Notes: a model not told the origin generated them from the letters alone. Shown: positions 36,837 through 49,172, counted from the stretch's first letter. The stretch: 64,000 bases of DNA from an uncultured Planctomycetaceae bacterium (GCA_964531695.1 CAZHEH010000001.1:195546-259545), one strand, 5' to 3'. A program made the numbers and translations.

Positions 36837-37469
36837 TCAGGCCGCAAGCCAAGTGCGCACGCCCTCATAGATGAACTTGCCGCCAAGCAGCGCCATCACG
36901 GCCGCACAGCCGGCCAGCACATATCGCTGGCTTTTCGGGCCCAGAACCCGCGTGCCGTGATAGCTTGCCACGGACAGCACCTCCAGCCAGACCAGATCGC
37001 ACAGCCAATGAATGACGGCGAACAGGGCGAACGCCACGACGCCCAGCTCCGCTGCCTGCGTTGCCAGCGCCAGTCCCACCGTCGCCCACCATAGCAGGTA
37101 GTACGGGTTGCCCATGGTAAGCATGATGCCCGTCATCAGCGGACCGCGCTTGGCGGCGAGCGGCTGGGCCTCAAGGGGGCGGCGGGCAGCCATGGCCATC
37201 TGCACGGCCATGAAAACCAACATCGCTCCGCCCACGAGCCCGATGCCGACCCGCACGGACGTGACCCGGAACACCGCCCCCGCGCCGAGCACGATTACGA
37301 CCATCAGCGGGAACTCGACGGCCCCATGCCCGGCCGCGATGAGAGCCCCCGCATGCGGACGCCGTGTGCCGGCACTGATGGTAGCAGCCGTGACCGGGCC
37401 CGGCGCCATCACGCCCGACAGGGAGATAAGCGCCGCCTGGGCCAGGAACAGTGCGATCTCGCCGGCCAT
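36837..37469 (-). CDS. LysE/RhtB family amino-acid exporter
   Basis: Six hydrophobic helices. N-terminal 'ISLSGVMAPGPVTAATIS' matches the RhtB/LysE 'PGP' signature. Confidence 0.7.
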   Translation of the reverse strand: MAGEIALFLAQAALISLSGVMAPGPVTAATISAGTRRPHAGALIAAGHGAVEFPLMVVIVLGAGAVFRVTSVRVGIGLVGGAMLVFMAVQMAMAARRPLEAQPLAAKRGPLMTGIMLTMGNPYYLLWWATVGLALATQAAELGVVAFALFAVIHWLCDLVWLEVLSVASYHGTRVLGPKSQRYVLAGCAAVMALLGGKFIYEGVRTWLAA

Positions 37470-37481
37470 GTCGGCTCCGCC

Positions 37482-38600
37482 TCAGTCCTGCTCCGCGGCC
37501 CGCTTTTCCCAGCGAGCGATCTCCTTGAGCCGCTCTACAATCGGCAGGTGCTGGGTGCAGGCCTCCTCACACTGGCCGCACTCGATGCACTCGTCCGCCT
37601 CGGCCTGCCGCCCGACGAGTATGCCCCAGTTGTGTTGCGTGCCGATCTCGTTGACCATCTCCTCCTCCGTCTTGCCGAACAGGAGCTTCGGGTTGTAGAA
37701 CTGCATGTAGGACGGGACGGGGATATTCTTGGGACAGCCCTCGCAGTAGCCGCAACCCGTGCAAAGCTCGTTCATATTCGCGCTGAGATGCGCACGGACG
37801 TCCTGAATGTCCGCCTGGGTAAACGGCTCCGCGCTGTCGGCGATGCGGCAGGCGAAGTCCACATGCTGGCGGTTCGTGAAGCCGACCAGCGTGACGGTGA
37901 TCTGCGGTGCGCCGACCAGGAACCGAAGCGCCGCTTCCGTCGGCGTCTCGTCGCCGCGGGCGAGGAAGGCCAGCTCCCTCTCGTTCTTGGGGATCTCGCC
38001 GCCGCCCAGCGGGTTCATCGCCACCACGCCAAGCCCCGCCTGGTGCGCCGCCTCGATGCCTTCCCAGCGATACGGGAAGTTCAGCAGATTCACCCCGAGC
38101 AGCACGCCCTGGAACTTACCGGACTCGACGATTCGCCGGATCTCCCCGCCCGGCTGGTGGCTGGAGAACACGATGTGCTCGATCAGCCCCTCGTCCCTAC
38201 AGGCCTCAAGCCCCTCATACATCCCACCGGGCCGCACGGCCAACTCGTAGTGATCCATCTTCCGCAGGCACCAGACGTGGAAGAAGTTGATGCGCTCGAT
38301 GCCCATGCGGTCCAGCGACTTGTGCACCGCCTCCCGGGCCGCCTCGGCCGTCTCGAAGCTCGTCGGCATCGCCTTGGTCGCGACGTAGTACTCGCCCGGC
38401 ATGTCGCGAAACGCGATGCCGAAGATGTCCTCGCTCTTGCCGTAGCCGGGGGCCGTGTCGAAGTAGTTGATGCCCTGCTCGCAAGCGTAGCGGACCAGCT
38501 CGGCGTTCTGCTCATCGGGCCGCTGCTGGTCGAACCGCATGCCGCCGAAGCCGACGACCGACACGCGCTTACCCGTATTGCCGTATTCCACGTATTTCAT
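37482..38600 (-). CDS. aldo/keto reductase fused to C-terminal 4Fe-4S ferredoxin domain
   Basis: AKR motifs 'GINYFDTAPGYGKSE'. C-terminal Cys clusters 'CTGCGYCEGCP' and 'CIECGQCEEAC'. GGAG RBS. Confidence 0.8.
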   Translation of the reverse strand: MKYVEYGNTGKRVSVVGFGGMRFDQQRPDEQNAELVRYACEQGINYFDTAPGYGKSEDIFGIAFRDMPGEYYVATKAMPTSFETAEAAREAVHKSLDRMGIERINFFHVWCLRKMDHYELAVRPGGMYEGLEACRDEGLIEHIVFSSHQPGGEIRRIVESGKFQGVLLGVNLLNFPYRWEGIEAAHQAGLGVVAMNPLGGGEIPKNERELAFLARGDETPTEAALRFLVGAPQITVTLVGFTNRQHVDFACRIADSAEPFTQADIQDVRAHLSANMNELCTGCGYCEGCPKNIPVPSYMQFYNPKLLFGKTEEEMVNEIGTQHNWGILVGRQAEADECIECGQCEEACTQHLPIVERLKEIARWEKRAAEQD

Positions 38601-38693
38601 GGTGCACTCCGTTGGCGCATGGGGATCGAGGAAGATCCTACCCTAGCAGGTCCCGGCCGGGACGTGCAAGGCGGCCGGGCAGCGCCGGCCGCG

Positions 38694-39116
38694 CTATAGC
38701 GCCCGGCGGATGCTCTCGGCCAGCTCGGCCATGCGGCCTTCGGGGTAGCTCCCGGCCGGCCAGTTGAACTGGAACGCGTCGCCCTTGTCGCGGGGGATCA
38801 CGTGGAAGTGCACGTGAGGGACCTCCTGGTGGGCAACCTTGCCGTTGTTCTGGAGCACGTTCACGCCCTCGCATCCGGTGGCGGCCTGCACCGCCTTGAC
38901 CAGCGAGGGCAGGTGCTTCAGCACGGCCGCGGCGGTATCCGAGGGCATCCGGTCCGTCGTCTCATAGTGCTCCCGCGGAATCAGCAGCGCGTGCCCCTCC
39001 GCCAGCGGCGCGATGTCCATGAAGGACATCGCGGCGTCATCCTCGATGAGCTTCTCACAGGGGATGTCGCCCGCCACGATCTTGCAGAAGATGCAGTCCG
39101 GGTCGGTATGTACCAT
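38694..39116 (-). CDS. HIT (histidine triad) family nucleotide hydrolase
   Basis: 'HVHFHVIPR' histidine triad, N-terminal 'CIFCKI'. GGGAGGTG RBS 6 nt upstream of the internal ATG 39116, which is therefore preferred. Confidence 0.85.
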   Translation of the reverse strand: MVHTDPDCIFCKIVAGDIPCEKLIEDDAAMSFMDIAPLAEGHALLIPREHYETTDRMPSDTAAAVLKHLPSLVKAVQAATGCEGVNVLQNNGKVAHQEVPHVHFHVIPRDKGDAFQFNWPAGSYPEGRMAELAESIRRAL

Positions 39117-39225
39117 GGCTTTCACCTCCCGAATCCATTCCACCCGCCGACCGCGCAGAAGTCAACGGCAGGCCGACGCTCGCCGACCTGCCGCTGTTGA
39201 GTTCTTCGGAACCCCTTGCTGCGGG

Positions 39226-39897
39226 CTACTCGTCCTTCTTCTCTTGCTCGCCGGCGTCGCCCTCGGTCTGCTCGGGCTCTTGCTCGACCGTTTCGGGCTG
39301 CTCGGCCGCGGCTTCGCTCTCCTCGGCAGGAGCTTCGGCGGCGGGCTCGGCCTCCGTCTTCGGTCCGGCCTCATCCTCGGCAGATTCCCGCGCGGGCTTA
39401 CGCGCCCCGGACGCCTTCTTCGCCGCGCGGAACGCCTCGCGCCGCTTGGCCGCACGGGCCCGCCGCTTGGAGGTCGCCGACGGCCCGCCTTCCTCGGCCG
39501 TGGATTCCTCGACAAGCTGGAGCACGACCTGCCGGCCCGCATCGCCGATGCGGCGGTCCGACAGATGGATGATCCGCGTGTATCCGCCGGGACGGTCAGC
39601 ATAGCGAGGGGCAATGTCGTCGAAGAGCGCCTGGACGACGGTCTTGTCCATCGGGTCACCGTCCTCGTCGTGCATCTTCGGGTCGCCCAGCTCGCGGATC
39701 ACCAGCCGCCGCGCGTGCAAGGTGTTGCGCCTCGCCCGCGTGATGAGCTTCTCGACGAATCGCCGCAATTCCTTGGCCTTCGCCTCCGTGGTGCGGATGG
39801 CCCCGTGCTGGAACAGGGCGGCCGCCATGTTCCGCCGGTCCGACACCCGGTGGGTCGGCGTACGGCTGAGTGTTCTTCCTGCCATTCGATGACGCAT
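39226..39897 (-). CDS. rplQ: 50S ribosomal protein L17 with roughly 95-aa acidic C-terminal extension
   Basis: 'MRHRMAGRTLSRTPTHR...LFQHGAIRTTEAKAKELRRFVEKLITRA' matches L17. The tail is Ala/Glu/Lys-rich. Confidence 0.9.
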   Translation of the reverse strand: MRHRMAGRTLSRTPTHRVSDRRNMAAALFQHGAIRTTEAKAKELRRFVEKLITRARRNTLHARRLVIRELGDPKMHDEDGDPMDKTVVQALFDDIAPRYADRPGGYTRIIHLSDRRIGDAGRQVVLQLVEESTAEEGGPSATSKRRARAAKRREAFRAAKKASGARKPARESAEDEAGPKTEAEPAAEAPAEESEAAAEQPETVEQEPEQTEGDAGEQEKKDE

Positions 39898-39936
39898 GGA
39901 TGCACCTTCCGCCTATCTCAGGGGCGGGCCGGCCTG

Positions 39937-40959
39937 TCAGCCGGCGCTCGCCTCGGCGTTCTCCTCCTCCGGCAACGGCACGTTCATGCCGAGCGACAGG
40001 CCTAGCTCATCGAGCTTCTTCTTGACCTCGCGGAGCGAGGTCTTGCCGAAGCTGCGAATCTTGAGCAGCTCGGCCTCGGCCATGTTGACCAACTGCCCGA
40101 CGGTGTCGATCTGTGCCGCCTCCAGGCAGTTGCTCGACCGCACCGAGAGATCCAACTCGTGGACGCTCATCGAGAGCTTGCCCTGAAGCTCCACGTCCAT
40201 ACTGGGACCTTCCTCGGTCTTGCCGGTCTCGGCGATCTGCTCGCCGAGTTCGAAATACTGCACGAACGGGTTGAGGTGCTTGCGGAGGATCTTGGCGGCC
40301 TCGACCATCGCCATTTCGGGCGTGATCGTGCCGTTGGTCCAGATCTCCAGCACCAGTCGGTCATAGTTCGTCCGCTGGCCGACGCGCGTCTCTTCCGTGT
40401 TGTAGCGGACGCGCTGGACCGGGGAGAAGGACGCGTCGACAAACAGGCGTCCGACCTCCTGCTCCTCGTCGGTTTCCGGGATCTCGTCGCCGGCGGCGAT
40501 GTACCCCCGGCCGGTCTCGACGACCAGCTCCATGTCGAAGGCGACGTTGTCGGTCAGCGTCGCCAGGACCATATCCCGGTTGATGATCTCAATGCTCGGG
40601 TCGGTCTCGATCATCTCGGCCTTCACGGGGCCCTTGACCTCGCTGTGGAGCCGCAAGGTGCGGGGCTCGTCCGTGTGGGACTTGATGACCAAGCTCTTGA
40701 CGTTCAGGACGATGTCCGTGACGTCCTCGAGGACGCCCGGCATCGAGGTGAACTCGTGCTCGGCGCCGGCGATCTTCACGCTGGTCACCGCGGCGCCTTC
40801 GAGACTGCTGAGCAGGATTCGCCGCAGCGAGTTCCCGACCGTCGTGCCGAACCCGCGCTCGAACGGCTCGACCGTGAACTTCCCGTACGTCGGGGTCGAA
40901 ACCGCCTGATCGCTGACTACCCTTGTGGGCAATTCCAGGCCGCGCCACCGTATTCGCAT
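39937..40959 (-). CDS. rpoA: DNA-directed RNA polymerase subunit alpha
   Basis: N-terminal domain 'GFGTTVGNSLRRILLSSLEGAAVTSVKI' and C-terminal alphaCTD 'LDLSVRSSNCLEAAQIDTVGQLV'. Confidence 0.93.
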   Translation of the reverse strand: MRIRWRGLELPTRVVSDQAVSTPTYGKFTVEPFERGFGTTVGNSLRRILLSSLEGAAVTSVKIAGAEHEFTSMPGVLEDVTDIVLNVKSLVIKSHTDEPRTLRLHSEVKGPVKAEMIETDPSIEIINRDMVLATLTDNVAFDMELVVETGRGYIAAGDEIPETDEEQEVGRLFVDASFSPVQRVRYNTEETRVGQRTNYDRLVLEIWTNGTITPEMAMVEAAKILRKHLNPFVQYFELGEQIAETGKTEEGPSMDVELQGKLSMSVHELDLSVRSSNCLEAAQIDTVGQLVNMAEAELLKIRSFGKTSLREVKKKLDELGLSLGMNVPLPEEENAEASAG

Positions 40960-41009
40960 TCCCTATGCCTCCCATCCGCTGGGGGTTCTGTTCGCTCGTC
41001 GACGGACCG

Positions 41010-41642
41010 TTACTGGCTGCACATCTCGACGATGAGCTGCTCTTCGACCGGGATCATCACGTCGTCCCGGCTGGGCATGGCCGTCACCTCGGCCTCGAGC
41101 TTGACCAGGTCGAGCTTGAGCCAATTCTGCAGGTGCGGCTCGCCGAGTTCTTCCAGGCGAGCGCGAACCATGTTCTTGGACCGGTCGGATTCCTTGATCG
41201 TGATCCTGTCCCCGACGCGGACCAGCCGGCTCGGCACCGTCACGCGGCGCCCGTTCACGTAAATGTGACCGTGGCCGATCGTCTGCCGCGCCGCGGCACG
41301 CGACGAGGCCAGGCCGAGCTTGTATACCACATTGTCCAGCCGCCGCTCCAGGATGCGAAGCAACTCGGAACCCGTGTTGCCACGGATTCGCTCCGCCTGC
41401 TGGAAGTACTTGCGGAACTGCTTCTCGAACACGCCGTAGTACCGCTTGACCTTCTGCTTCTCGCGAAGGCGCAGACGATACTCGCTGCCGCGCCCACGGC
41501 GCCAACTGTGCTGCCCGGGCGGCGCGTTGCGCCACTGGCGCTCCATCGGGCACTTGGCCGTCTCGCACCGGGTCCCCTTGAGCATCAGCTTGATGCCCTC
41601 CCGGCGGCACAACCTGCATGACGGTCCGGTGTAACGTCCCAT
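41010..41642 (-). CDS. rpsD: 30S ribosomal protein S4
   Basis: '[19 protein letters not shown]...' zinc-ribbon N-terminus and S4 domain. Confidence 0.93.
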   Translation of the reverse strand: MGRYTGPSCRLCRREGIKLMLKGTRCETAKCPMERQWRNAPPGQHSWRRGRGSEYRLRLREKQKVKRYYGVFEKQFRKYFQQAERIRGNTGSELLRILERRLDNVVYKLGLASSRAAARQTIGHGHIYVNGRRVTVPSRLVRVGDRITIKESDRSKNMVRARLEELGEPHLQNWLKLDLVKLEAEVTAMPSRDDVMIPVEEQLIVEMCSQ

Positions 41643-41672
41643 GTCTTCCCGTTCTCCTGTCTGCCGCTTCCG

Positions 41673-42068
41673 CTAGACGCGACGCTTCTTGCGAGGACGA
41701 CACCCGTTGTGCGGAATCGGGGTGGCGTCCTGGATCGACACGATCTTCAATCCGGCGGCCTGAAGGGCCGTGGCGGCGCTTTCCCTGCCGCTACCGGGGC
41801 CCTTGACCATGATCTCGACCTCCCGCAGGCCGGCCTTGCGGGCCTCACGGGCGGCCGTCTCCGCGGCGCGCTGCGCGGCGAACGGCGTGCTCTTGCGCGA
41901 TCCCTTGAAGCCGATGTTGCCGGCCGAGGCGCTGGAGATCACGTCGCCCTGGGCGTCCGTGATCGTCACCAGGGTATTGTTGAAGGTCGCCTTGATGTGC
42001 GCCACGCCGCGTGCGGCGCTGGTGCGCTTGGCCTTCTTGGGTTTGCCTTTCTTTGCGGACTTCGCCAT
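41673..42068 (-). CDS. rpsK: 30S ribosomal protein S11
   Basis: '[21 protein letters not shown]...' S11 signature. Confidence 0.93.
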   Translation of the reverse strand: MAKSAKKGKPKKAKRTSAARGVAHIKATFNNTLVTITDAQGDVISSASAGNIGFKGSRKSTPFAAQRAAETAAREARKAGLREVEIMVKGPGSGRESAATALQAAGLKIVSIQDATPIPHNGCRPRKKRRV

Positions 42069-42071
42069 GGG

Positions 42072-42455
42072 CTATCGCATCTCCTTGACCGACTTCTTGC
42101 CGGCGACGGTCTTCTTCGAACCCTTCCGCGTGCGGGCGTTCGTCCGTGTCCGCTGTCCGTGCACGGGCAGCCCGCGGCGGTGCCGCAGGCCCCGGTAGCA
42201 ACCGATATCCCGCAACCGCGCGACGTTCTGTTGAAGCTGCCGACGAAGCTGACCCTCGATCACGAAATCGCTGTCCAAAATGCCCGCGATCCGCGAGAGG
42301 TCCTCTTCGCTGAGCTGCTTGGCTCGGACGTGCGGGTCGATCCGGGCCTTGTCGCAGATCTGCCTGGCCGCGGCCGGACCGATACCGTAGATATACCGCA
42401 GAGCGATCTCCGCGGGCTTGTTGTCCGGAATGTCCACACCTGCAATTCGGGGCAT
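42072..42455 (-). CDS. rpsM: 30S ribosomal protein S13
   Basis: '[13 protein letters not shown]...[29 protein letters not shown]'. Confidence 0.93.
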   Translation of the reverse strand: MPRIAGVDIPDNKPAEIALRYIYGIGPAAARQICDKARIDPHVRAKQLSEEDLSRIAGILDSDFVIEGQLRRQLQQNVARLRDIGCYRGLRHRRGLPVHGQRTRTNARTRKGSKKTVAGKKSVKEMR

Positions 42456-42473
42456 ACGTCCCTCTCCCGACGG

Positions 42474-42587
42474 CTACTTCTGCCGCTGCTTATGCTTCGG
42501 GTTCGTGCAGATCACGCGCACGACGCCCTTGCGCCGGATGACCTTGCAGTTCTCGCAGATTCTCTTGACCGAAGCTCTGACCTTCAT
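42474..42587 (-). CDS. rpmJ: 50S ribosomal protein L36
   Basis: Not in the ORF track (37 aa). Manual translation gives [37 protein letters not shown], with the L36 zinc-ribbon C-x2-C...C-x4-H. Confidence 0.85.
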   Translation of the reverse strand: MKVRASVKRICENCKVIRRKGVVRVICTNPKHKQRQK

Positions 42588-42631
42588 GGCTGCACCTGTG
42601 TCTCGCGTCGCGGGCCGGGCCCGCGGCGTGT

Positions 42632-43405
42632 CTATCGCGTCAGCACCTCCACGCCGTCGGCCGTGACCGCCAGCGTGTTCTCAAAGTGCGCCGACGGCAA
42701 CCGGTCGCGCGTGCGTACCGTCCAGCCGTCCGGCGCGTATTCCACCGCCGCGGTGCCGAGGTTCACCATCGGCTCGACCGCGAGCGTCATGCCTTCCCGC
42801 AACTCGATGTCGTGCGCCAGCAACTCGCGCGACACGAAGTTCGGCACCTTCGGGTCTTCCCACATCTCCCGGCCGATGCCGTGCCCGACGAAGTCCCGCA
42901 CGACCGCCAGCCCTTCGCCCTCGACGTACGTCTGCATCGCGCCGGCCACCGTCGACCACATCTCGCCCGGCCGGATCATCTCCTGGGCGACGCCCAGCGC
43001 GTTTCGGGTCACGCTGACCAGACGGGCCGTCCGCTCGTCGACCTCGCCGACGATGAACGTCTCGGCCGCATCGCCGCACCAGCCGTCCAGCCGGACGCCG
43101 AAGTCGACGCTCAGCACGTCTCCGTCCCGGATCGCCCGGTCGGAGGGGATGCCGTGCACGACCTCGTCGTTGAACGAGGCGCAGATGCTGCCGGGAAACG
43201 GCCCCGCGCTGCCTCGACCGGGCACGCCCTTGAACAGGCAGGCGGCGCTTTCGGCCGCGCACATCCGCTCGGCCTCGTCGTTCAGTTCTTTGGTTGTCAC
43301 GCCCGGGGCGACCATCTCGCCCATTCGTTCCAGAACCGAACGCACGATCCGTCCGGCCCGGCGCATCCTGTCGATGTCTTGCGGCGTCTTGAGCTTGATC
43401 GCCAT
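42632..43405 (-). CDS. map: type I methionine aminopeptidase
   Basis: Metal-ligand regions '[11 protein letters not shown]', '[12 protein letters not shown]', 'LAVEPM'. Confidence 0.92.
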   Translation of the reverse strand: MAIKLKTPQDIDRMRRAGRIVRSVLERMGEMVAPGVTTKELNDEAERMCAAESAACLFKGVPGRGSAGPFPGSICASFNDEVVHGIPSDRAIRDGDVLSVDFGVRLDGWCGDAAETFIVGEVDERTARLVSVTRNALGVAQEMIRPGEMWSTVAGAMQTYVEGEGLAVVRDFVGHGIGREMWEDPKVPNFVSRELLAHDIELREGMTLAVEPMVNLGTAAVEYAPDGWTVRTRDRLPSAHFENTLAVTADGVEVLTR

Positions 43406-43412
43406 CCGGCCG

Positions 43413-44074
43413 CTATCCTTCCTGCTGAAGGGCCTGGAGGGCAGTAACCAAGTCCTGTGTCACCTCATCCGGGGTCTGGTCCCCGTTCACCTCGATCATC
43501 TTCACGCCGTCGCAGTTGCGGTAGTAGTCGATCACCGGTTCGGTCTGCTCGCGGTACGCCGCGAGCCGCTGGCGGACGACCGCTTCCGTGTCGTCGTCCC
43601 GCTGGGCCAACTCGACGCCGCAGGCGTCACACAGCATGTCGTTCTTCGGCGGCATGAATTTCATGTGGTACAGCTTGCCGCACTGCGGGCAGCTCCGCCG
43701 GCCCGTGATCCGCTCGACCACGGCGTCCTCGGAGGCCCGGATCATCACGACGGCATCCAGCGGCTTGCCGGCCGCGGCAAGCTGCCGGTCGAGCGCCTCG
43801 GCCTGGGCGACGGTCCGGGGGAAGCCGTCGAGCATCAGACCCGCGCCGCCATCGGCGCTGGTGATCGCCTTGGCCATGATCTCAACGACCAGGTCGTCCG
43901 GCACCAGCGCGCCGGCGTTCATGTACTCGGCGAGCTTGCTGCCCGTCTGCGAGCCGCTGGCCCGTTCGGCGCGGAAGATGTCCCCGCTCGACAGGTGCGT
44001 CATGCCGAACGCATCGACCAGCCGCTTGGCCTGGGTGCCCTTGCCGGCGCCCGGCGGTCCCATCAGGACGATTC

Positions 44075-44078
<4 letters not shown>
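43413..44078 (-). CDS. adk: adenylate kinase
   Basis: P-loop 'RIVLMGPPGAGKGTQA' and LID zinc motif 'CPQCGKLYH...CDACG'. TTG start with AAGGGAG RBS, overlaps secY stop by 4 nt. The upstream part of track ORF 43413..44531 is not coding. Confidence 0.88.
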
Positions 44079-45637
<1,559 letters not shown>

Positions 45638-45667
45638 CTCTGCGTCCTGCCGTCGGGAAAGCCCGGG

Positions 45668-46111
45668 CTACTCTTGCTCCGTTGAGCCGCCCGCGTCCGT
45701 GATCTTCTTGGCGGCCTGCGCGGTGAACTTCACCGCCGCGACCGTCAGCTTCCTGGTCAATTCGCCGTTGCCGAGGATCTTGAGCGGCGGGCCGTCGGGG
45801 TCGATCAGCCCGGCCGTCGCGAGGGCCTCGCGGTCAACGCGGGCGCCGTCCTCGAACGCGTTCAGCGCCGCCACGTTAATGATCTGGTATTCATTGCGGA
45901 AGCGGGCGTTAGAGAAGCCACGCTGCGGGGTCCGGGCGATGATCGGGTTCTGCCCGCCCTCGAAGCCGAACTGCCGCTTCGCGCCGGCTCGCTGCCCGTA
46001 GCCCTTGTGGCCGCGTCCCGAGGTCTTGCCATAGCCCGAGCCGTCGCCGCGTCCGATCCGCTTGCGCTTCTTGTACTTGCCGGCCGTGGTTAGGATTTCT
46101 TCCAGCTTCAT
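45668..46111 (-). CDS. rplO: 50S ribosomal protein L15
   Basis: 'GRGDGSGYGKTSGRGHKG' Gly-rich L15 signature. Confidence 0.92.
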   Translation of the reverse strand: MKLEEILTTAGKYKKRKRIGRGDGSGYGKTSGRGHKGYGQRAGAKRQFGFEGGQNPIIARTPQRGFSNARFRNEYQIINVAALNAFEDGARVDREALATAGLIDPDGPPLKILGNGELTRKLTVAAVKFTAQAAKKITDAGGSTEQE

Positions 46112-46635
46112 TTCACTTCCACTCCGCGCAGCTCGGCAATCCGGTCGGCGGAGCGAAGCTGCAGCAGCGCGTCCATGCCGGCCTTGATGAGATTCTTGGG
46201 CGAGGTCGAGCCGTACGCCTTGGTCAGCACGTCGTGGATGCCGGCCAGCTCCAGCAGCGGGCGAAGCTTCTTGCCGGCGATGACGCCGGTGCCCTCGGAG
46301 GCGGGCACCATCTTCACGCGGGAGGCCCCGCAGCGGCCCAACACCTCGTGCGGGATCGTTCTCCCGTCCAAGCTGACGGGCTTCATGCTCTTCTTGGCCT
46401 CGCCGATGCCCTTCTCCACCGCCAGCGGCACCTCATTGGCCTTGCCGTAGCCGATGCCGACCTTTCCGTTGCTGTCGCCGACCACCACCAGCGCGGCGAA
46501 GCTGAATCGACGGCCGCCCTTGACGACCTTCGCGCAGCGGTACACCTGCACGACGTTCTCCTGCAGGCCTTCGCTTTCGAGGGTATCCCTGGCTGAGGAC
46601 CCTCGTCTCTTGCCTCGTCCGCGTTGCATTGCCAC
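46108..46635 (-). CDS. rpsE: 30S ribosomal protein S5
   Basis: 'VVKGGRRFSFAALVVVGDSNGKVGIGYGKA' S5 dsRBD signature. Overlaps rplO start by 4 nt, so there is no rpmD. Confidence 0.93.
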   Translation of the reverse strand: MAMQRGRGKRRGSSARDTLESEGLQENVVQVYRCAKVVKGGRRFSFAALVVVGDSNGKVGIGYGKANEVPLAVEKGIGEAKKSMKPVSLDGRTIPHEVLGRCGASRVKMVPASEGTGVIAGKKLRPLLELAGIHDVLTKAYGSTSPKNLIKAGMDALLQLRSADRIAELRGVEVK

Positions 46636-46675
46636 GATGATCTACTCCCGCCGCCGGCGCTCGTCGTCGCCGGCG

Positions 46676-47038
46676 CTAAAACTCCAGTCCGCCCTCGCGC
46701 GCGGCCTCGGCCAGAACCTTGACGCGCCCGTGGTACGGGTATCCGTTTCGATCGAAGACGACCTTCTTGATTCCGGCCTCGCCGGCCTTGCTGGCCAGCG
46801 CGGCCCCGACGGCCTTGGCGGCCTCGACGTTCCCGCCGCCGGACTCGGCCAACTCGCCCTCCCGGCTCGACGCCGCCACGAGCGTCTGCCCGACGGTGTC
46901 GTCCACGAGCTGGGCGTAGATGTTCTTGTGGCTGCGGAAGACCGTCAGCCGCGGGCGGTCCGGCGTGCCGGCGATGTGCTTGCGCACACGTCGCTTGCGC
47001 CGCCGCCACCGCGTGTTCTTCTCCTTGGCTGCTTTCAT
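46676..47038 (-). CDS. rplR: 50S ribosomal protein L18
   Basis: 120 aa from the internal ATG: '[44 protein letters not shown]'. The remainder of track ORF 46676..47713 is rejected. Confidence 0.9.
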   Translation of the reverse strand: MKAAKEKNTRWRRRKRRVRKHIAGTPDRPRLTVFRSHKNIYAQLVDDTVGQTLVAASSREGELAESGGGNVEAAKAVGAALASKAGEAGIKKVVFDRNGYPYHGRVKVLAEAAREGGLEF

Positions 47039-47073
47039 CTTTCTGGGCCTTGTTGGCTTCCGGAAGCTCTGGG

Positions 47074-47652
47074 TTAGCCGCCGGCGCCGGCGAGGGCCTT
47101 GCCCACCTTCCGGCGCACGTGCTCGTCCGCGTACCGCACGCCCTTGCCCTTGTACGGCTCCGGCGGCCGGGCACGCCGCACGCGCGCGGCGAACTCGCCG
47201 ACCGCCTGCTTGTCCGCGCCGCGGACGGTGAACTTGGCCGGCTGCGTGTCCCCGCGGGCCTGCGGGACCTCGACATCCACCTGGATGCCGTCCGGCACGT
47301 CGAACACGACCGGGTGACTTCGCCCGCAGGTCACCGTGAAGGTTTGGCCCTGGAGCTGCGCGCCGTAGCCGACGCCGTAGACCTCCATGGCCTTGGCGAA
47401 GCCCTTGGCGCAGCCCTCGACCATATTGGCGATGATGCTGCGGGTCATGCCGTGCAAGCTGCGCATCTCGCCGGTATCGTTGGGCCGCCGCACGGTGATC
47501 TGCTTGGCGGACTCGTCCACCTCGACCTGCATTTCCGGCCGGAACGTCCAACTCAACTGGCCGACCGGGCCTTGGACGGAAACGGTGTTCCCGTTGAGCG
47601 TGACCTTCACGCCGTCGAGGATGGGAATCGGTTTGGTTCCTATGCGGGACAT
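47074..47652 (-). CDS. rplF: 50S ribosomal protein L6
   Basis: '[15 protein letters not shown]' and duplicated L6 alpha-beta domains. Confidence 0.92.
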   Translation of the reverse strand: MSRIGTKPIPILDGVKVTLNGNTVSVQGPVGQLSWTFRPEMQVEVDESAKQITVRRPNDTGEMRSLHGMTRSIIANMVEGCAKGFAKAMEVYGVGYGAQLQGQTFTVTCGRSHPVVFDVPDGIQVDVEVPQARGDTQPAKFTVRGADKQAVGEFAARVRRARPPEPYKGKGVRYADEHVRRKVGKALAGAGG

Positions 47653-47664
47653 CGTCGCTCGCTC

Positions 47665-48063
47665 TCAGCACACGGTGCAGAGCACCTCTCCGCCGACATG
47701 CATCTCCCGGCACTTCCGGTCGCTCAGCACGCCGCTCGAAGTCGATACGATGGAAATCCCCAGTCCGTTCAGCGGGCGGGGGATGTCGTCCGCTCCGGCG
47801 TAGCGCCGGAGCCCCGGACGACTGAAACGCTTCACCTCGGTCACCACTTCCTCGCCGGCGGCCCCGTACTTCAGGTACACGCGAAGCATGCCCTGCGGGC
47901 CCTCCTCGACGCGGCGGTAGTCCTCGATGTAGCCCTCTTCCTTCAGCACCCGGCAGATGCCCTCGCAGATCTTGGAGGCCTTGACGTTGACGGCCTCCTC
48001 ACGGTTCCGCAGGGCGTTGCGGATGCGGGTCAGCATGTCGGCAATCGGGTCGGACAGACTCAT
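47665..48063 (-). CDS. rpsH: 30S ribosomal protein S8
   Basis: '[13 protein letters not shown]' S8 N-terminal signature. Confidence 0.93.
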   Translation of the reverse strand: MSLSDPIADMLTRIRNALRNREEAVNVKASKICEGICRVLKEEGYIEDYRRVEEGPQGMLRVYLKYGAAGEEVVTEVKRFSRPGLRRYAGADDIPRPLNGLGISIVSTSSGVLSDRKCREMHVGGEVLCTVC

Positions 48064-48079
48064 CGCGGTCGTTTCCTTA

Positions 48080-48265
48080 CTACCAGCTCGCCTTGCGCAT
48101 GCCCGGGATCTTGCCCTCGTTGGCCAGCGTGCGGAGGCAGATGCGGCAGATGCGGAATTTTCGATACACGGCCCGCGAGCGGCCGCACAACTCGCAGCGG
48201 CGGACCGTGCGCGTCTGGAATTTCGGCGTCCTGCGGGCCTTGTGAACTTGCGCCTTGGTTGCCAT
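48080..48265 (-). CDS. rpsN: 30S ribosomal protein S14 type Z (zinc-binding)
   Basis: 61 aa with '[20 protein letters not shown]' CxxC...CxxC. Confidence 0.92.
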   Translation of the reverse strand: MATKAQVHKARRTPKFQTRTVRRCELCGRSRAVYRKFRICRICLRTLANEGKIPGMRKASW

Positions 48266-48281
48266 ATCTCTGTTCGGTCCT

Positions 48282-48827
48282 CTACTCGGTTCGGAACGGC
48301 ATGCCCATGAGGCGCAGCAACTCCCGGGCCTCTTCGTCCGTCTTGGCGCTCGTGGTGATGGCGATGTTCATTCCCTGGGTGTGCCCGATGGAGCTGGGGT
48401 CGATCTCCGGGAATACCGACTGCTCGACGAGGCCCAAGCTGTAGCTGCCGCGTCCGTCGAAGCTCGACGGCGACAGGCCGCGGAAGTCCTTCACGCGGGG
48501 GATCGCCAGCGAGACCAGCCGGTCGAGGAACTCGTACATCCGTGCCCGGCGGAGCGTGACCTTCACGCCCACGGGCATGCCGGCTCGGAGCTTGAAGTTG
48601 CTCACCGACTTGCGGGCCTTGCAGACGACCGGCTTCTGCCCGGTGATGTCGGCAAGCTGCTTCTGGGCCTGTTCGAGCTTGGCCGTCTCCGCGTGGGCGT
48701 CGCCGATGCCCATCGACACCGTGATCTTGCGCACCCGGGGCACCTGGAGCGGGTTCTTGTAGCCGAACCGCTCCCGAAGGGCGGGGACGATCTCTTGTTC
48801 GTACTGGTCCTGAAGTCGGGGAGTCAT
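48282..48827 (-). CDS. rplE: 50S ribosomal protein L5
   Basis: '[18 protein letters not shown]', '[20 protein letters not shown]'. Confidence 0.93.
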   Translation of the reverse strand: MTPRLQDQYEQEIVPALRERFGYKNPLQVPRVRKITVSMGIGDAHAETAKLEQAQKQLADITGQKPVVCKARKSVSNFKLRAGMPVGVKVTLRRARMYEFLDRLVSLAIPRVKDFRGLSPSSFDGRGSYSLGLVEQSVFPEIDPSSIGHTQGMNIAITTSAKTDEEARELLRLMGMPFRTE

Positions 48828-48848
48828 GACTGCCTGCTGCCTCGGGCG

Positions 48849-49172
48849 CTATACCTTGCCGAGCGACGCGCCGGACCGCTTGGCGTATCGCTCTTTCGTA
48901 CCGTCGTCCATCACGCGGACGCCCACGCGGGTCGGAAGGTTCGTCTTCGGGTCCACCGGCAGGACGTTCGACAGGTCGATCGGCATTTCCTTCTGGATCC
49001 GACCGCCCTGGGGGTGCTGCCGGCTGGGCCGCAAGTGCCGGTAGACCCGGCGGACGCCCTGGACGACCACCTTGCCCGTGCGCGTGTCGACCCGAAGAAC
49101 CTCGCCGGTAGCGCCCTTGTCGTTTCCGGCGATGACCATCACCGTGTCGCCTTTTCGTACGTGCCGTGCCAT
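48849..49172 (-). CDS. rplX: 50S ribosomal protein L24
   Basis: KOW motif '[21 protein letters not shown]'. Confidence 0.92.
   Translation of the reverse strand: MARHVRKGDTVMVIAGNDKGATGEVLRVDTRTGKVVVQGVRRVYRHLRPSRQHPQGGRIQKEMPIDLSNVLPVDPKTNLPTRVGVRVMDDGTKERYAKRSGASLGKV

Noticed and set aside
39166-39193. Hairpin 'ggcaggtcggc-gagc-gtcggcctgcc' downstream of rplQ as intrinsic terminator
   Set aside because: Stem has two mismatches and is followed by 'guugacuucug' rather than a U-tract, which is weak evidence.
46676-47713. 345-aa ORF containing L18
   Set aside because: Only the C-terminal 120 aa (from ATG 47038) are L18. The N-terminal 225 codons overlap rplF out of frame and are Arg/Gly/Pro-rich.
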